Source: Octopus vulgaris
Lineage: Eukaryota
NCBI GenBank assembly: GCA_951406725.2
Contig: OX597822.1
Span: 1,798,001 to 1,862,000 of the forward strand
Direction: 5' to 3'
Length of the DNA stretch: 64,000 bases
A program made the translations under genes and the position numbers. How positions within the stretch are numbered: the stretch's first letter is position 1; each line of letters begins with the position of its first letter. The notes beneath the pieces are model-generated. The model had not been told where the DNA came from and ran no database searches. It was given only the letters and a program-made list of their open reading frames with translations. Below, piece after piece: positions 1-13,156 of the stretch.

Positions 1-351
1 ATCTCATTCACTGTTTCGTGGTGCTATATTTTATTGTTAGCAAATATGGAGAGGAAAACTGTAGTAAAAGGAATCGTTGGAACTGGCTGAAATATATTTC
101 GTGGCGACGCAGTAATACAATTCGTGCCGACAGCATAACTAGTCTGCTAAATTAATTGATTTCAGACTAATTGAATTTCTAACAAATCTGTGATTAGTGT
201 GCGCCTCTATAGCATGATGTGAATCTAATCACTGCCAGGACACACACACACACACACAAGCACACACGCGCGCACAGAAGCACCTACGCACATGCATGCA
301 CGCGTACATGTGCGCAGCCTACAACCATAGATTTCATGAGATGCAACTTAC

Positions 352-472
352 AGAACCTGGGACAGTCTACAGACCTTGTCGTCAACAAAACCTATATTAC
401 TTGTCACAGAAATAGAAGCCATTTTACATTCTTTGATGCTCTTCTGGCAGTTGGAGTTGTCAGATTCAAATA
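352..472 (-). other. Candidate internal exon (FESDNSNCQKSIKECKMASISVTSNIGFVDDKVCRLSQV) of an unidentified gene
   Basis: Minus strand reads ttatatttggctttAG, 121 nt with an open frame, then GTAAGT. Non-repetitive and Cys-containing; no family recognised. Confidence 0.4.
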
Positions 473-820
473 CTAAAGCCAAATATAAATTAATGCTCCA
501 ATATATTCTGTATTTTGTCTTTATAAATGGAGTGATCAAAATTTTATACAGCTTCTTCGTATTAAGGTTGCCCCCAATTAGCTACCCCTAATTCTTTTTC
601 AATCTCGTGAGGCTTAATTGCATTTGAAGGAAAGTGTAGAAGAATTAAGATATATTACTACCGGTAATGAAATGAAGCAAGGCCAATCGAAACGCTCTTC
701 TTCTGAGACACAAGATGGCTAATGTTGATAAAGTATCATAGCCATACATTTACGAATTTATACAGCCACTCACCCACGCATACAGAAGTACACATACACC
801 TACACTCAAATACACACGCT

Positions 821-1255
821 CATCATCATCGTCATTGTTCGAACGTGGTCGAGACAATGGAATTTGATATGTTACGCCAGACTTCACGGTCCATCATAGC
901 ATTACGGAGGTTCTGTTGCTGGATGCCTGTATCCCTGGAGATTACATCAGGGTAGGAGAGTGTGCGCCCTCTGGTATTGCGAGAAGATGGCTTCCAGAGG
1001 AGAAGAGTAGAGATTGTCTCGTTTTCAGCTCTACAACAATGTCCAGCAAACTGGACTCTTCTACCTTTCACAAGAGATGACACAAGTGGTAGTTTCCCAT
1101 ATATTTGTACTTTGGTTGGATGACGCTTCCACGAGAGATTTTGAGCTCCCATAAGGAGGCGAGTGTAAGTTCCATCCAACAGCCTCTCAAGCTTCTTTGA
1201 TAACGTCCAGATTTCTGAGCCATATAGTAGAATTGGTTCGACTGTGGCTTTGAAG
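821..1255 (-). mobile_element. RTE-clade LINE 3' end (RT thumb/C-terminus), 5'-truncated, with (TGA)n tail
   Basis: ORF 832..1527(-) contains FKATVEPILLYGSEIWTL...RRVQFAGHCCR...AMMDREVWR. The stop is followed by a tgacgatgatgatg tail. Confidence 0.85.
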
Positions 1256-1528
1256 AGGAGAGAGGGAAGGGGATGGAAGTGAGAGCATAATATACAGAAG
1301 AACGGAGAGGGAGAGAAATAGAGAGAGAGAATAAGTAGGAGAATTACGCAGATATATTTGCATGTAAAAATAGATTTATATATGTGTCCAAAAAACTGGG
1401 CAGCTTGTTTGAGGTAAAAAGTGAAGCCACGATAGCTAATAGTTGTCTGAGACATTATAATGCATATTCCCTCAAGTGTACATTCAGACACATACATACT
1501 TGTGTATAGATATGTTTGTGTATTCATT

Positions 1529-1612
<84 letters not shown>

Positions 1613-2106
1613 CATTACACATATATATATATATGTATGCATTACACATGTATGTGTGCATATATTTTTGATAAGAAAAATTTTATTGCAGTTCGATAAT
1701 GATTAATTTCGTTACCATGGGAACATAACCAATAAAAATTAGCGCTAATCAAAGTTTATCGAGTGTCGATATAATTTCCACTGTTAAAACTGAGGTTCTA
1801 TTAGGACTGGTACGGTTAATTTTTCTGCATATATTTGTCCGTTTCATCTTTGTCCCCTTGAATCAAGCAATTTATGTTCCATGTCTACATTATGCAGTAA
1901 TAATGAATATCACATGAGTATTATTGCAGCGTGCCCTTTTTCTGTCTCTCCAGATGTAAGAACCAGATGCTCCACTGAGACAAGATGGACACCTACTGAA
2001 CGCTAAAACATAAGCACTTAAAACAGTTAATAAAATTGCGTTGCAGTTGCATATTATCCCGCAAGTGATGCCTAGTTCTACTTCAATGAACGTGTGTTAT
2101 ACAAAA

Positions 2107-2468
2107 GGTGCAGACGTAGCGGTGTGGTAAGAAGCTTGCTCCCCAACCACATGGTTCCGGGTTCAGTTACTCTTCGTGGCTCCTTTGGCAAGTGTCTTCG
2201 ACTCTAGAGTCAGGCTGACCAATGTTTTGTGAAAAAGCTGAAAGAAGTCCATCGTATTTATATATATATATATATATGTGTGTGTGTGCATGTATGTGTT
2301 TGTGTGTGTGTGTGTGTGTGTATCTTTGTGTCGGCAAAAGAAACCAATAGAGTAAGTACTTCGCTTATAAAATGAGTCCTAGAGTTGATTTTTTCGACGA
2401 AAACCTTTCAAGGCGGTGCTCCAACATGGCCACAGTCAAATGACCGAAACAAGTAAAAGACAAAAGAA
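2107..2468 (+). mobile_element. tRNA-derived CORE-like SINE, family A
   Basis: tRNA-like head (gtgtggtaag...ggttcag), CORE-like ttggcaagtgtcttc, internal microsatellite and tail gtcaaatgaccgaaacaagtaaaaga; matches copies at 5618 and 62817. Confidence 0.85.
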
Positions 2469-3121
2469 AATGCAATCTGCAGTTATTGTTTTCTACATTT
2501 TATCAGATTCATTATAATAATAAGAAACTATCTCTTTTCTGTTTGTATGAAGAAAGATATAAGGATATGACGAGATAGCCACGTTGAATTCATTCCTCAT
2601 TTTACGTCTCTCATATGAAGAATAAAACTGTCTGAGTCTTCAACAGAACACTAAGCGTTTATAGCAGAATCGATTAATAATTTGGTTTCAATCGAAACTA
2701 ACGGAAGAGTACATATTGATTTGCAACTTAAATGCAAAACTAGAAATTTAAGGAAGGGATGAATATCATTTTTTCATGTTCGTTTCATACGTTATAAGGA
2801 AAGCATTAATAGGCGCACGCTTATTTGAGTGACGAATATTGTCACTTTGAAAGAATATCATTCAGGTTTTGATCCGAAAGCTTTGCATCTTCGGTGTATT
2901 GAAATCTTTTATCTTTTAACTGCATATTGACACGAGTACTTATTGTTTTTATTCTATCGGGTTCTTTTACCGAGCCGATAGCTAACAGGGTTGCAAATGC
3001 ACCAGCACCGGATGCCAAGTGGTGGTAGGAGGGACAAACACAGACACAAAGGCACACGCATATACATATATATATATATATATTTATATACACACACACA
3101 CATATATGCACACATACACAA

Positions 3122-3196
<75 letters not shown>

Positions 3197-3216
3197 TGTA
3201 TATATATACACACATA

Positions 3217-3425
3217 TTAAAATAAGCAACAAGGATATCCAGAGGTAATGCAGTACGATCGTCTCATGAGACTCCATTTAATTGAACAATGCAATCATTA
3301 CATCAATTTAAAATGTAGAGCAATCTTCAGCTGCACAAAGATATAGAATTTAATTAAATTAGAAGGACACATTAGTATAATTTTACCTAAAATCTCAAAG
3401 GGGAGATAGAGAAAGAACATGTTTT
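3217..3425 (-). mobile_element. Short HHR-bearing Penelope/retrozyme-like element next to (TA)n; inverted homologue of 46676-46895
   Basis: About 200 nt of reverse-complement similarity to 46676-46895; contains the HHR motif at 3248-3336. Confidence 0.65.
3248..3336 (-). ncRNA. Type I hammerhead ribozyme motif, long stem II (GAAA mutated to GAGA in this copy)
   Basis: GUGCAG-CUGAAGA-long hairpin-GAGA-CGAUC-GUA-CUGCAU; 6-bp stem I, palindromic stem III ACGAUCGU. Confidence 0.65.
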
Positions 3426-3507
3426 ACCAACATCATAGTTGCAACTGACAAAAAATTCAGTTACAACTATGATGTTGCTAGTATATATATATATACATAT
3501 ATATGGC

Positions 3508-3630
3508 GTCTACCAAATCCACTCACAAGACTTTACACCAGAAAACATTTGCCCATAGTGCCACGCAGTGGGACTGAACTCCGAGTCATGTAGTTGGGAA
3601 GCAAGATTCTTACAACACAGCCACGCCCAC
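3508..3630 (-). mobile_element. SINE family A, 5' half
   Basis: gtctaccaaatccactcacaag...gtgggactgaac...cacagccac is the reverse complement of the family A head. Confidence 0.8.
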
Positions 3631-3816
3631 ACATTTGCCATGCAATAGCCATTCCGTCATTCCATCATTACGCTGCCTGTTAAAACCAGAAATGGCTCTG
3701 ATGAAAGTAACATTTCTTGGGTCGTTCAATTTTCCTCAATTGATCTATAGACCAAGTGTTCCTGTAAATAAAAATATTTAATAACCATTATTTTTTACTT
3801 ATATATATATATATAT

Positions 3817-3955
3817 ACGACGAGTTTCTTTCAGTTTCCATCTACAAACTCCACTCACAAGAATTCGGTCGGCTTGAGGTCATAGTTGAAGACACGTAGC
3901 GCGACTGAATAGGGAACCATGTAATTTGAAAGGAAACCTCTCACGTGGCCACGCG
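3817..3955 (-). mobile_element. SINE family A, degenerate 5' half
   Basis: ttctttcagtttccatctacaaactccactcacaag...gactgaa...aaccatgt. Confidence 0.7.
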
Positions 3956-3976
3956 AGTGCTTATAACATATATATC

Positions 3977-4175
3977 CGAGTAGGTGCTGAAAAGTTCCTG
4001 GCTTTAAGGGTTTCGCAAAAAGGCCTAGTTGGGGGCCCACAATTCCGAATTCTTACACAGGGCTTAGAAGCACTTACGGACCGTTGCAGTAAGTGAGTGA
4101 ATCTGAGAAAGGAAGATGGGGAAGCAAATCATAATCATAATTAACCGGTCCTCCTGCATTTTCAGAAACCCGCCG
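3977..4175 (+). mobile_element. Non-autonomous mariner-type element (TIR plus transposase C-terminal remnant)
   Basis: Left TIR-like cgagtaggtgctgaaaagttcctggc after a TA tract; internal TQGLEALTDRCSK-like remnant; degenerate right end ttttcagaaacccgccg. Confidence 0.55.
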
Positions 4176-4502
4176 TGTGTGTGTGTGTGTGTAGTTACAT
4201 GTAAACGTGCATATCTACCTGAATATGGAAACACATATAATCACATGTTCAAACATTATACGTATTCATACATTTCCTGTAAAAAGCCGTATAACTAGAG
4301 ATGTAGGAACTATGAACAGAAATAAAGTACGCCTATAAGAGATTCTTATGCAAACGATGACTAAATATATGTTGAGTTCTAATATTGATAAATGCCTTCC
4401 AGTTACCGTAAGTATTGAGAAACCGTTGAATAATTATTGAATATTATTGCATTGAATACACAATCAGAAAATAATATGCAAAAATACGGAAATGCATGTG
4501 TA

Positions 4503-4506
<4 letters not shown>

Positions 4507-4561
<55 letters not shown>

Positions 4562-4571
4562 ATATATATGC

Positions 4572-4611
<40 letters not shown>

Positions 4612-4737
4612 GGAAATGCATGTGTACGTGTGCGCAAGCACACATGCAAATACTTCGTATATGCATGCATATGTTATACATATACATGCATGCATTTCCA
4701 TATATATATTTATATATATACATGCATATATATACAA

Positions 4738-4800
<63 letters not shown>

Positions 4801-4859
4801 TATTTTGCATTTATGTGGGCGCACAGCATATATAATTACATGCAAATATGTGAATATGC

Positions 4860-4893
<34 letters not shown>

Positions 4894-4957
4894 GCGTATA
4901 CAAACACATACATACACATGCATGCATATATATGTTTCATATATATTCATGTATAAC

Positions 4958-5003
<46 letters not shown>
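4507..5003. repeat. Compound (TA)n microsatellite field
   Basis: Multiple long (TA)n runs with short spacers; source of the YIYI ORFs. Confidence 0.95.
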
Positions 5004-5006
<3 letters not shown>

Positions 5007-5617
5007 AGTGATTTATGTTTGTAAATGCAATATAAATGCTATATACATCGTTTCATACATGCGTTCATGTGCGTATGTTTGTATGCATATGTGTATGTAT
5101 ATGAACGTACGTGTGTTTGGATAATTTATACATAAATATTATATGCGAACCTACAAACGTGCATAGAAGCATACACACACAGGCAAACATACGTACATGC
5201 ACAGACGTGCACGCTCGCATTGTGAGGCATTAATTGTTGATCCCTCTGACTGGCTTCCATCTTTAATATTTCCTTGATATTATACTTTGCAAAGTTTATA
5301 TAACAACTATAATAAGCAAACATTTATAAATACTTTTACAATATGGCTTGCTTTTCTATGTTCGCTGATGAATATAGTATATATTTACTTAGCTTATAAC
5401 ATCGTATATTTCAACGATGTTCTCTGCCAATAATGTTATATATTTACCCGACGATTATAGCAGAGTTAAATGATAAATAGGTTTTCGAAATCTTTTCTGT
5501 CACGCTTAGGAAACATAATGGTCGCATAGGAATGTTTGCTAGAATGAAATTATTTACGTTTTTCATATCACTAAAATTTGAAATAATATTTTAGGCGCAG
5601 CTGTGTGTGTGTGCATA

Positions 5618-6007
5618 GGCGCAAGAGTGGCTGTGTGATAAGAAGCCTGATTTCAAACCACATGGTTCCGGTTCAGTCCCACTGCGTGACGCCTTGGGCA
5701 AGTGTCTTGTGCAATAGCCTCGGCCCGACCAAAGCCTTGTGAGTGGATTTAGTAGACGGAAACGGAAAGCCTGTCGTATATGTTGTCCTTATATCTATGT
5801 TTGTTCCCCATTATCGCATGACAGCCGATGTTGATGTGTTTACGACCCGTAACTTAGCTGTTCGGCCTAAGAGATAGACAGAATAAGTACTAGGCTCACA
5901 ATTAATAAGTTCTGGGTTCCACTTTTCCTACTAAAAAACCCTTTAAGGCGGTGCTCCAGCATGGCTGCGCTCAAATGACTGAAACAAGTAAAAGAATAAA
6001 AGAATAA
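5618..6007 (+). mobile_element. SINE family A, near full length
   Basis: ggcgcaagagtggctgtgtg...ggttcagtcccactgcg...ccttgggcaagtgtctt...atgactgaaacaagtaaaagaataaaagaataaa. Confidence 0.9.
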
Positions 6008-6514
6008 AGGAATAACGAATAACCTGACACGAAGTCGAATAAGGATTGTTTAAAAGAATATTTTAAAAAGTCAAAGTAATTTCAACTCTATGCAATAAGA
6101 AATTGAGTATAGATCGATAGTTGGGCGCATCTGAGTGGATCCATATGGTGACCATTAGATGGAAACGTTGCAGAAATAAGAAAATATTGTGGTAGCACCA
6201 ATCACAAGTGCAGTTTTATTAATAGCAAATTCTGAAATAAATAAATAAATGATTGCAAGGCAAAAGCAACATGAAATAAGTGTGACTATGTCAACAACAT
6301 GACGAAAACTATAATGAACTGAAAGATCAACAGTAAAAATGGCGATAGGTGGGCGAGTTAACAATGAAGTTTTTATGTTGGCGCTCGCCTTGCTGACAAC
6401 ATCGACGCTAAGTTTACTTTGTTGAAATATATACGATGGCATTCAAAATTCCTTTCTTGAAATTTTGCTCATCTTTCATGTATAGAGGTTCATCAAAAAT
6501 ATTTTCAAAGTAGA

Positions 6515-6760
6515 TAGCTTATTGTACTAACTGTCCAAATTTATTGTCTTAGTTAGTACATTACATAGTTTATTGTGATTTCCCATACTTGTTGTCTTAA
6601 CTAGTTCTACATTACATAGCTAGTAGTAATAATTGTCGATATTGGTTGTGTTAACTAGGTGTATATCATATAGATCGTTGAACTAATTGTCCATATATGC
6701 TATCTCGTACAGTACATAACCTATTCTACTAATTGATCATCTTTGTTGGCTTAAGTAATT
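6515..6760. repeat. Degenerate minisatellite, unit about 50 bp
   Basis: Recurring actaa(c/t)tgtc...ttgtcttaactag...acattacatag units. Confidence 0.6.
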
Positions 6761-6765
6761 GTTGT

Positions 6766-7030
6766 GAAGGCGTATGCCTCAGTGTTTAGAGCATCGGGAT
6801 CACAAGCATGATTCCCGGATCGAGCTGTGTGTCGTGTTCTTGCGCAAGACACTTTATTTCCCGTTGATCCAGTTCACTCAGCTGTAGAAATAAGTTGCAA
6901 CGTCACTGGCGCCAAGCTGCGTCGGCTTTTGTCTTTACCTCGGATAAAATTGGTGACGTGGAGATGGGTGGCTGGTATGCATGGCCGACTGCTGGTCTTC
7001 CATAAACAACCTTCCCCGGACTTGTACAAA
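6766..7030 (+). mobile_element. tRNA-derived SINE, family C (degenerate)
   Basis: ggcgtatgcctcagtgtttagagc...gtgttcttgcgcaagacactttatttc...ccagttcactcagctg; similar to 34978. Confidence 0.7.
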
Positions 7031-8859
7031 CAATTTGCCTATTACTAATTATTCAAATATGTTGGACTCATCCCTCTGTCCCTTAGAGTACACTTGCCAT
7101 GATAAGGTCCTACAAACAACATACTTGAAACAAATGCGCATGCTCGCTGCTCAGTTGCTTTTGTTTACATGGAAACAACACAACTGTACAGTTAAGAAGT
7201 TTACATTGCAATCAATAAGTCCTTCGCTTGATCCCAAGAGGTTGCATTTGAGATATGTATCTTTCAACAGTACCACAGGTTGACCTAAGCCATGCAAATT
7301 ACACTGGTTAGATCAAACCTATATGGAAGTTCATGGGATAGATAGGTTGTCACTTATGGGTTCAATCATGTCTCACATTGGATCACGTTGATTTTCTTTC
7401 AGAGAATTACACATATCTATGGAATGCTCAACCAGATACACGCTAATTTAATGAGGAGGTAACTATGTTAATCAAACAACTGAATTCACGGGGGAGATCC
7501 CTTTAGTATTACTTAATTTGCATATCTTCATTGGTCAACACAATGAGAACTGAACTGGGCTAAGCAAAAACAATAGTAAAATCAAAAATCTACGGAGCAC
7601 AAGACGGAGCATATATAAACAAAGGGGAACACTCTTGAGTATGTAAAAAAAATGAAGTATAAATGTGAAGGCCCTGTAAAAATTGTTTAGTGTGTTTGTA
7701 GTAATAAATTCCATGTTAGCAGTAAAATCTTATCAATATGGCTACACTTTATAAACATCTGAAGACCTGTTGCACATAAACTATCTTTAATTTCCGTTCT
7801 TACTACATCTCTCGAGATTTTTCCACTTAATGTTTGAAACATGTTCTTTCAAATGCCTCAAGTAATTAGAAAGTTTTATAATATTCCATTTTCCAATATA
7901 TGTAAAGAAAGGAATATTTCGTCACATTTTCACAAGGGTATAGGCAAGTAATGAAATCATAAGAAACATGCCACAGTATATGGTTATTTGGCGTCTGGAT
8001 GGTAATACAGATCTTGATACCCCTCAAACACCAGATGGCTATCACGAACCCGCACCTCGTTCATGGAGTAAAGAAGCGGTCAATGAGATTGAGAGCACAA
8101 GGATGAAAGCTCAGTTGCTAAGGATGTCGTTGTACAGGACACTTGACAACAACCTACTGAACGAAAGACAAATAAATACTAAAGACAATTGACAATGGCT
8201 ATGTGTTCGGATATAGAAGGACCCAGAAGACCCATAAACAACTATTCTAAAGCTATATCACAATGTTCCAGAAATGGCTAGAACGAAATTAAACAAAATT
8301 GTGTTGGTTTTGGTTTCAGTAGCACAAAGCATCATGAGCAATCGACAAGAGACTGGGTTCAATGGTACAACCATCTTACCGGAATGGGAAAGGGATGAAG
8401 CTCGGGGAAAATGTGAGAAAGGAGAGATTAAAGTCTTGGCCGGCGAGAGGAAATGACTAAAACGTTCAACTTGAATTTTATGTTGATCTTGACATTCGCC
8501 TACTTACTTTAAGGATGGTGCCAAAATACAAGGAATCAAAACCTGATGAATCCCGATGATAGTTGGTTGATAAAGACTAAGATCCCTGTCAAGAACTTGT
8601 CCAGGTTTCACGTTTCAAATTAGGTTGAAATTGCTCAAAGAGAGTGAACAATACTCGAAACATCATAAGCAGAAAGTAATCGTAGAAAACTTTGGTTGTT
8701 TACGCTAACTTGAAAGTCGCCTTTGTAAAACTGCTTTAACGTTTTATTTTAATATAGTTGCACTATAAACTGCTATTAACCCATGTTATTACGCGTACGC
8801 AAATCATATATATCTCTACATGTTTTCCAATACCCTTTTTGTGATATGTCAGTGAGATG

Positions 8860-9030
8860 TTGGAATTGTTAGTGCGTTGAACAAAATGATTAGCAGTATT
8901 CTTTCTGGTATTTTAACGTTTTAAAGTCAAACACCGTCGTCGTCCACTTTGTTTGTCCTTCTTTCGTAGTTGATAAAATCAAATACCAAACGCCTCTAGC
9001 ACCAATGTACGAAGTCGAGCACCAATAAAA
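8860..9030 (+). mobile_element. SINE family B, degenerate
   Basis: gaattgttagtgcg...gtcaaacaccg...gtccactttgtttgtccttctttcgtagttgataaaatcaaatacca. Confidence 0.6.
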
Positions 9031-9149
9031 TACCAGTTGAGTAGTGAAGCTGATGTAATCGACACCTACTCTCTTCACAGCTGCTGATCTTGTGATAACA
9101 TTTGAAGGACCAATTATCATTACTATACTTTACTCCTCAGAGCTATTGT

Positions 9150-9600
9150 TCTTACTTGCTGTGGTTGATTCCGTGAAAGGGGATAGCAACCTGTTGCCAG
9201 AGGCTTCACAAGGTCTCTTTCCACAAATTATAAGACTTGCTACTTGGACGCTAACTATCGCGAAAGATACTTAACACCCATCATCAATTTCAAAATGCTA
9301 GCTGTCTCCTATAGAGCAGTTTCGGGGGCCCGTTCTACCCTCATGTCAATTCCAGTTTCCCCGACTTGTTAGGGGTCCCAGAGCTCGTACAAGTACTGAG
9401 ATAAAAGCTTCAATCCTCATTGCCCACAGTCTTGAAATTTCATATTTTATTAGTTTCTATTTTTCCATCTTTTCCAGCTCCATTTCACCTACGCGTGGGT
9501 CGCTAGGTTTCCTTTTATCTTTATCCACTATAACAATGTCTTGTCTCTCAGCATCTATTAGGGAGTCACATTATATATTGTGAAGCTGTAGATTGAAGAT
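9150..9600 (-). mobile_element. R4/Dong-like RLE endonuclease remnant, degraded
   Basis: Minus strand translates as RQDIVIVDKDK...DPRVGEMELEKMEK*KLIKYEISRLWAM...VLVRALG, the PDIV...K..KY...VGALG pattern of RLE domains. Confidence 0.6.
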
Positions 9601-9840
9601 ATTATGAGTGCCGGGGTTTGTACTGTCTATCAAGCCTCAACAAAGAACTCAGACTGACAGTACTTTACGCAGTAAAGTAAAGCCGATTTTGCAACGTATC
9701 AGGATTGTAGGGAATTTCTAAAGAGTCCCGATGTTTCTTCTGGTCGAGTGGCGATGAATTTGATGCTAAGATGACAACAGAAACAAACATTGTTTGACGT
9801 TCGCAACTGCCACATCTTGGTGATCTCATTATTGTTATAC

Positions 9841-9841
<1 letters not shown>

Positions 9842-9917
<76 letters not shown>

Positions 9918-10005
9918 CATTATTATTATTCTATGTTTGACTTCTGTTTTACATTTGCACAAGTTGGCTCCAATCCTCACCCTCAAGAGACAACAAGTTG
10001 GAATA
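9842..10005 (-). mobile_element. (TTA)n tract plus 3' UTR fragment of the R4-like family at 36.5 kb
   Basis: tatgtttgactt...ttggctccaa...cctcaagagacaacaagttggaa is shared with 36465-36525; adjacent to (TTA)n. Confidence 0.7.
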
Positions 10006-10786
10006 GCATCATTAAGCCGGTGAGCTCCAAGAATTGTTAATACGCCGAAAAAAATGCTTAATGACATTTCATCCGGATTCACGTCTTGAGATCAAATTAC
10101 GACGAGGTCGGTTTCGCTTTTTATCCCTTTCAGTTTGACGAAATAAGTCGAACACTAGCATCGATGCAAATTCCAAAACTACCGCAAATTCCAAGCCTTG
10201 TGCCTATAGAAGACAGCATTATTATTAATATCACCATCATCATTATTATTCATATTATTAGGATTCGCAAAAGCAGGAACGACACATCATCGAATGTTTC
10301 ATTAATTACATTTAACACCCAGGAACATATTACATAACATAAAACATTCACACATATTTAAATGTAGATATAACTGGTTTCAAATATGATCAACAAAATA
10401 CAAAATATTGCTCCAAGACAATTTCAACATTCAGTTTCGAAAAATATTTTTCTTGTATAATTCATATTTTGTTTACGTTGCGCAACTTTGTAAAATAGAA
10501 ATTTTTTTCCCAACACCATCTCTTGGAATATAGTATGCATTCCATTCTATTGAATTAAAACAGTGTTAATGTTATCGTTAATCTGATATAAACACTGCAA
10601 CGTGTAAAGAATCAATAGACATTTTTACCTTTGATAAACATATTGAGAAAGTAATGAGATGTGAAAAATACTTCGTAAATGGGTACATGTCTATGAGTGT
10701 ATGGATGGATGTGTGTATGAATAGTTGTATGTAAACATATGTTTATATGAACTTATGCAAATAGGTATGCATGAATGTATGTATGC

Positions 10787-10886
<100 letters not shown>

Positions 10887-11178
10887 GTATATATATACGT
10901 ATATATATACGTAGATATTGTGTAAAATGAATAAACAAGCAGTTATCTTCATGTGTAGAAATATACAAACACGCACACACATACATATATATATATTCAT
11001 GTTTTAGGTGTGTGCGTGCGTGTATGTGTATATGTATGTGTGTGGGCGGATGTGCGGATATGAGTGGGTACTTAAATGTTGTGAAACAAAAACACACATT
11101 TTCTACACACACACAAACATACACACCCATACACACATACTTGAACACACTTATACACTCTCATGTATATGTGCGTGC

Positions 11179-11224
<46 letters not shown>

Positions 11225-11266
11225 ATGTGTGTGTGTATATATATATATACATACATATATATATTG

Positions 11267-11342
<76 letters not shown>

Positions 11343-12775
11343 ATATTTGTTTGTGTGTGTGTGTGTCTGCATGTGTGTTTGTGTGTGTGTGTGTATCAAC
11401 GTGTCTGCCTACGCGTGAATCTCAATTTTCTAAACTGTTATGAATCCACTCTTCATACATATAAATCAATATCTATCTAAACTGTTTCGAGAACATCTGA
11501 AAATAAATTATCTTTCATTTACCCACTTAGAAATTAATTAATGGATAAGAAAAACGCTTCATTTGTATCAGCGTACATCTTATTTCTCTGCACAGCTTAG
11601 GTTAAGTCTAAGATAAGCAGTGTAATCTGTTTTTTTCTTTTGGATAGAAAGCACTAAATGAATAAATAGCAGGCGTATCTCGTTCCTGCACATTCTATAA
11701 TCTTTCTTCTGCAACTTCCAAAAGTCTAAAAATATTTTAAAACACATGTATAAAATTATATTTATGTTATAAACCAAAACAAACTACACTACAAACAAAA
11801 GCAGCTAAAATATAAACAAAAATGTCAGCAATACTAACAGCAATATAAACACAGACTATCAGCATGTGAAGTCAGTTCTGAGAAAGGAAAAAAGCAAATT
11901 TGGAATTTTTAACTTTACATATAAAATCAATAAGTTTATGTATTTAACATTATTAACGAGTTTCTTTGAATTATTTCTTATCATCTTAAGCATGGAAGTA
12001 GATTTTTAATAGTACTGTCTTACATGTACTGAATATGAAATTAAGATGTGGTGGTCATATCTAGAAATGAATTGTAATTAATCAACAACAAAAAGGGTTT
12101 AATGGATTTCGTGAGCTTTTGTTTGATTTGTGTTTTGGTAATTCGTGCTGCTCCACCTAACGCTCTTTGGATTATATATCTAAAAAAAAAAAAATAAATA
12201 GTAATTATATGTTTTATGACTGTGACCATTATACCTATGAATTATGAGTGATCAAATGGACTCCATCTCGCACATATCAGTGTGCGGTAACTCTGAAGAC
12301 CATGGATCTACGTTCTCAAAATGGGAAGCAATAATGTTTCATATTTGAACCCTGTAGCACATCATCGACATCTATAAATGAACGTTGTTCCTTTTATGCT
12401 ACACATCCTCATTAGTTCATTGTTTCATTAAATATGATTAATTGTTTAAGTTTCTTTCGTTCTTACAAAATGATACTGTTACCTAGATAATAATTCAATT
12501 TCCTTAACAGTCATGGACGAAGAAAGGAACAATGGGGAAGGATGCATCACAAAATGTAACTTTACAACACAGGGTTCAGAAACGAGTTGAACAAATATAA
12601 ACAGAAAAGGTACAGCGTGCAAACTGTTACAGATTACCAGTCATTCGATGTGTGAGGAAATATAGACAGGATTGCATTGTTTTACACCATTTTATTCCTT
12701 TGGAGTAATAGCAATGATATCTTCGAAACAAGTGTCGGAAGTAAAGGAATTTGAATAACACCTGCATTTAATTCC

Positions 12776-12817
<42 letters not shown>

Positions 12818-12834
12818 TCATACACACACACACG

Positions 12835-12880
<46 letters not shown>

Positions 12881-12881
<1 letters not shown>

Positions 12882-13017
12882 GCGTAAGGAGTGATTGTGT
12901 GGAAAGTAGCTTGCTTACCAACCACATGTTTCCAGGTTCGATCCCACTGCGTGTCACCTTGGGCAAGTGTCTTCTTTGTGAGAGGATTTGGTAGACGGAA
13001 GCTGAAAGAAGACCGTC

Positions 13018-13020
<3 letters not shown>
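12881..13020 (+). mobile_element. SINE family A, 5' half
   Basis: ggcgtaaggagtgattgtgtgg...caccttgggcaagtgtcttc...ggtagacggaagctgaaagaag. Confidence 0.85.
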
Positions 13021-13063
<43 letters not shown>

Positions 13064-13089
13064 CATATCTATGTATTTTATATACATAT

Positions 13090-13154
<65 letters not shown>

Positions 13155-13156
<2 letters not shown>

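Noticed and set aside
4403-5008. [12 protein letters not shown] ORFs here and throughout the window
   Set aside because: Dinucleotide microsatellite translations.
6515-6760. Repeat-spacer-like pattern (CRISPR-like)
   Set aside because: Degenerate tandem minisatellite in eukaryotic DNA; no constant repeat with unique spacers and no cas genes.
7968-8260. 74-aa ORF, possibly an R4-like linker remnant
   Set aside because: Only vague similarity; no diagnostic motif.
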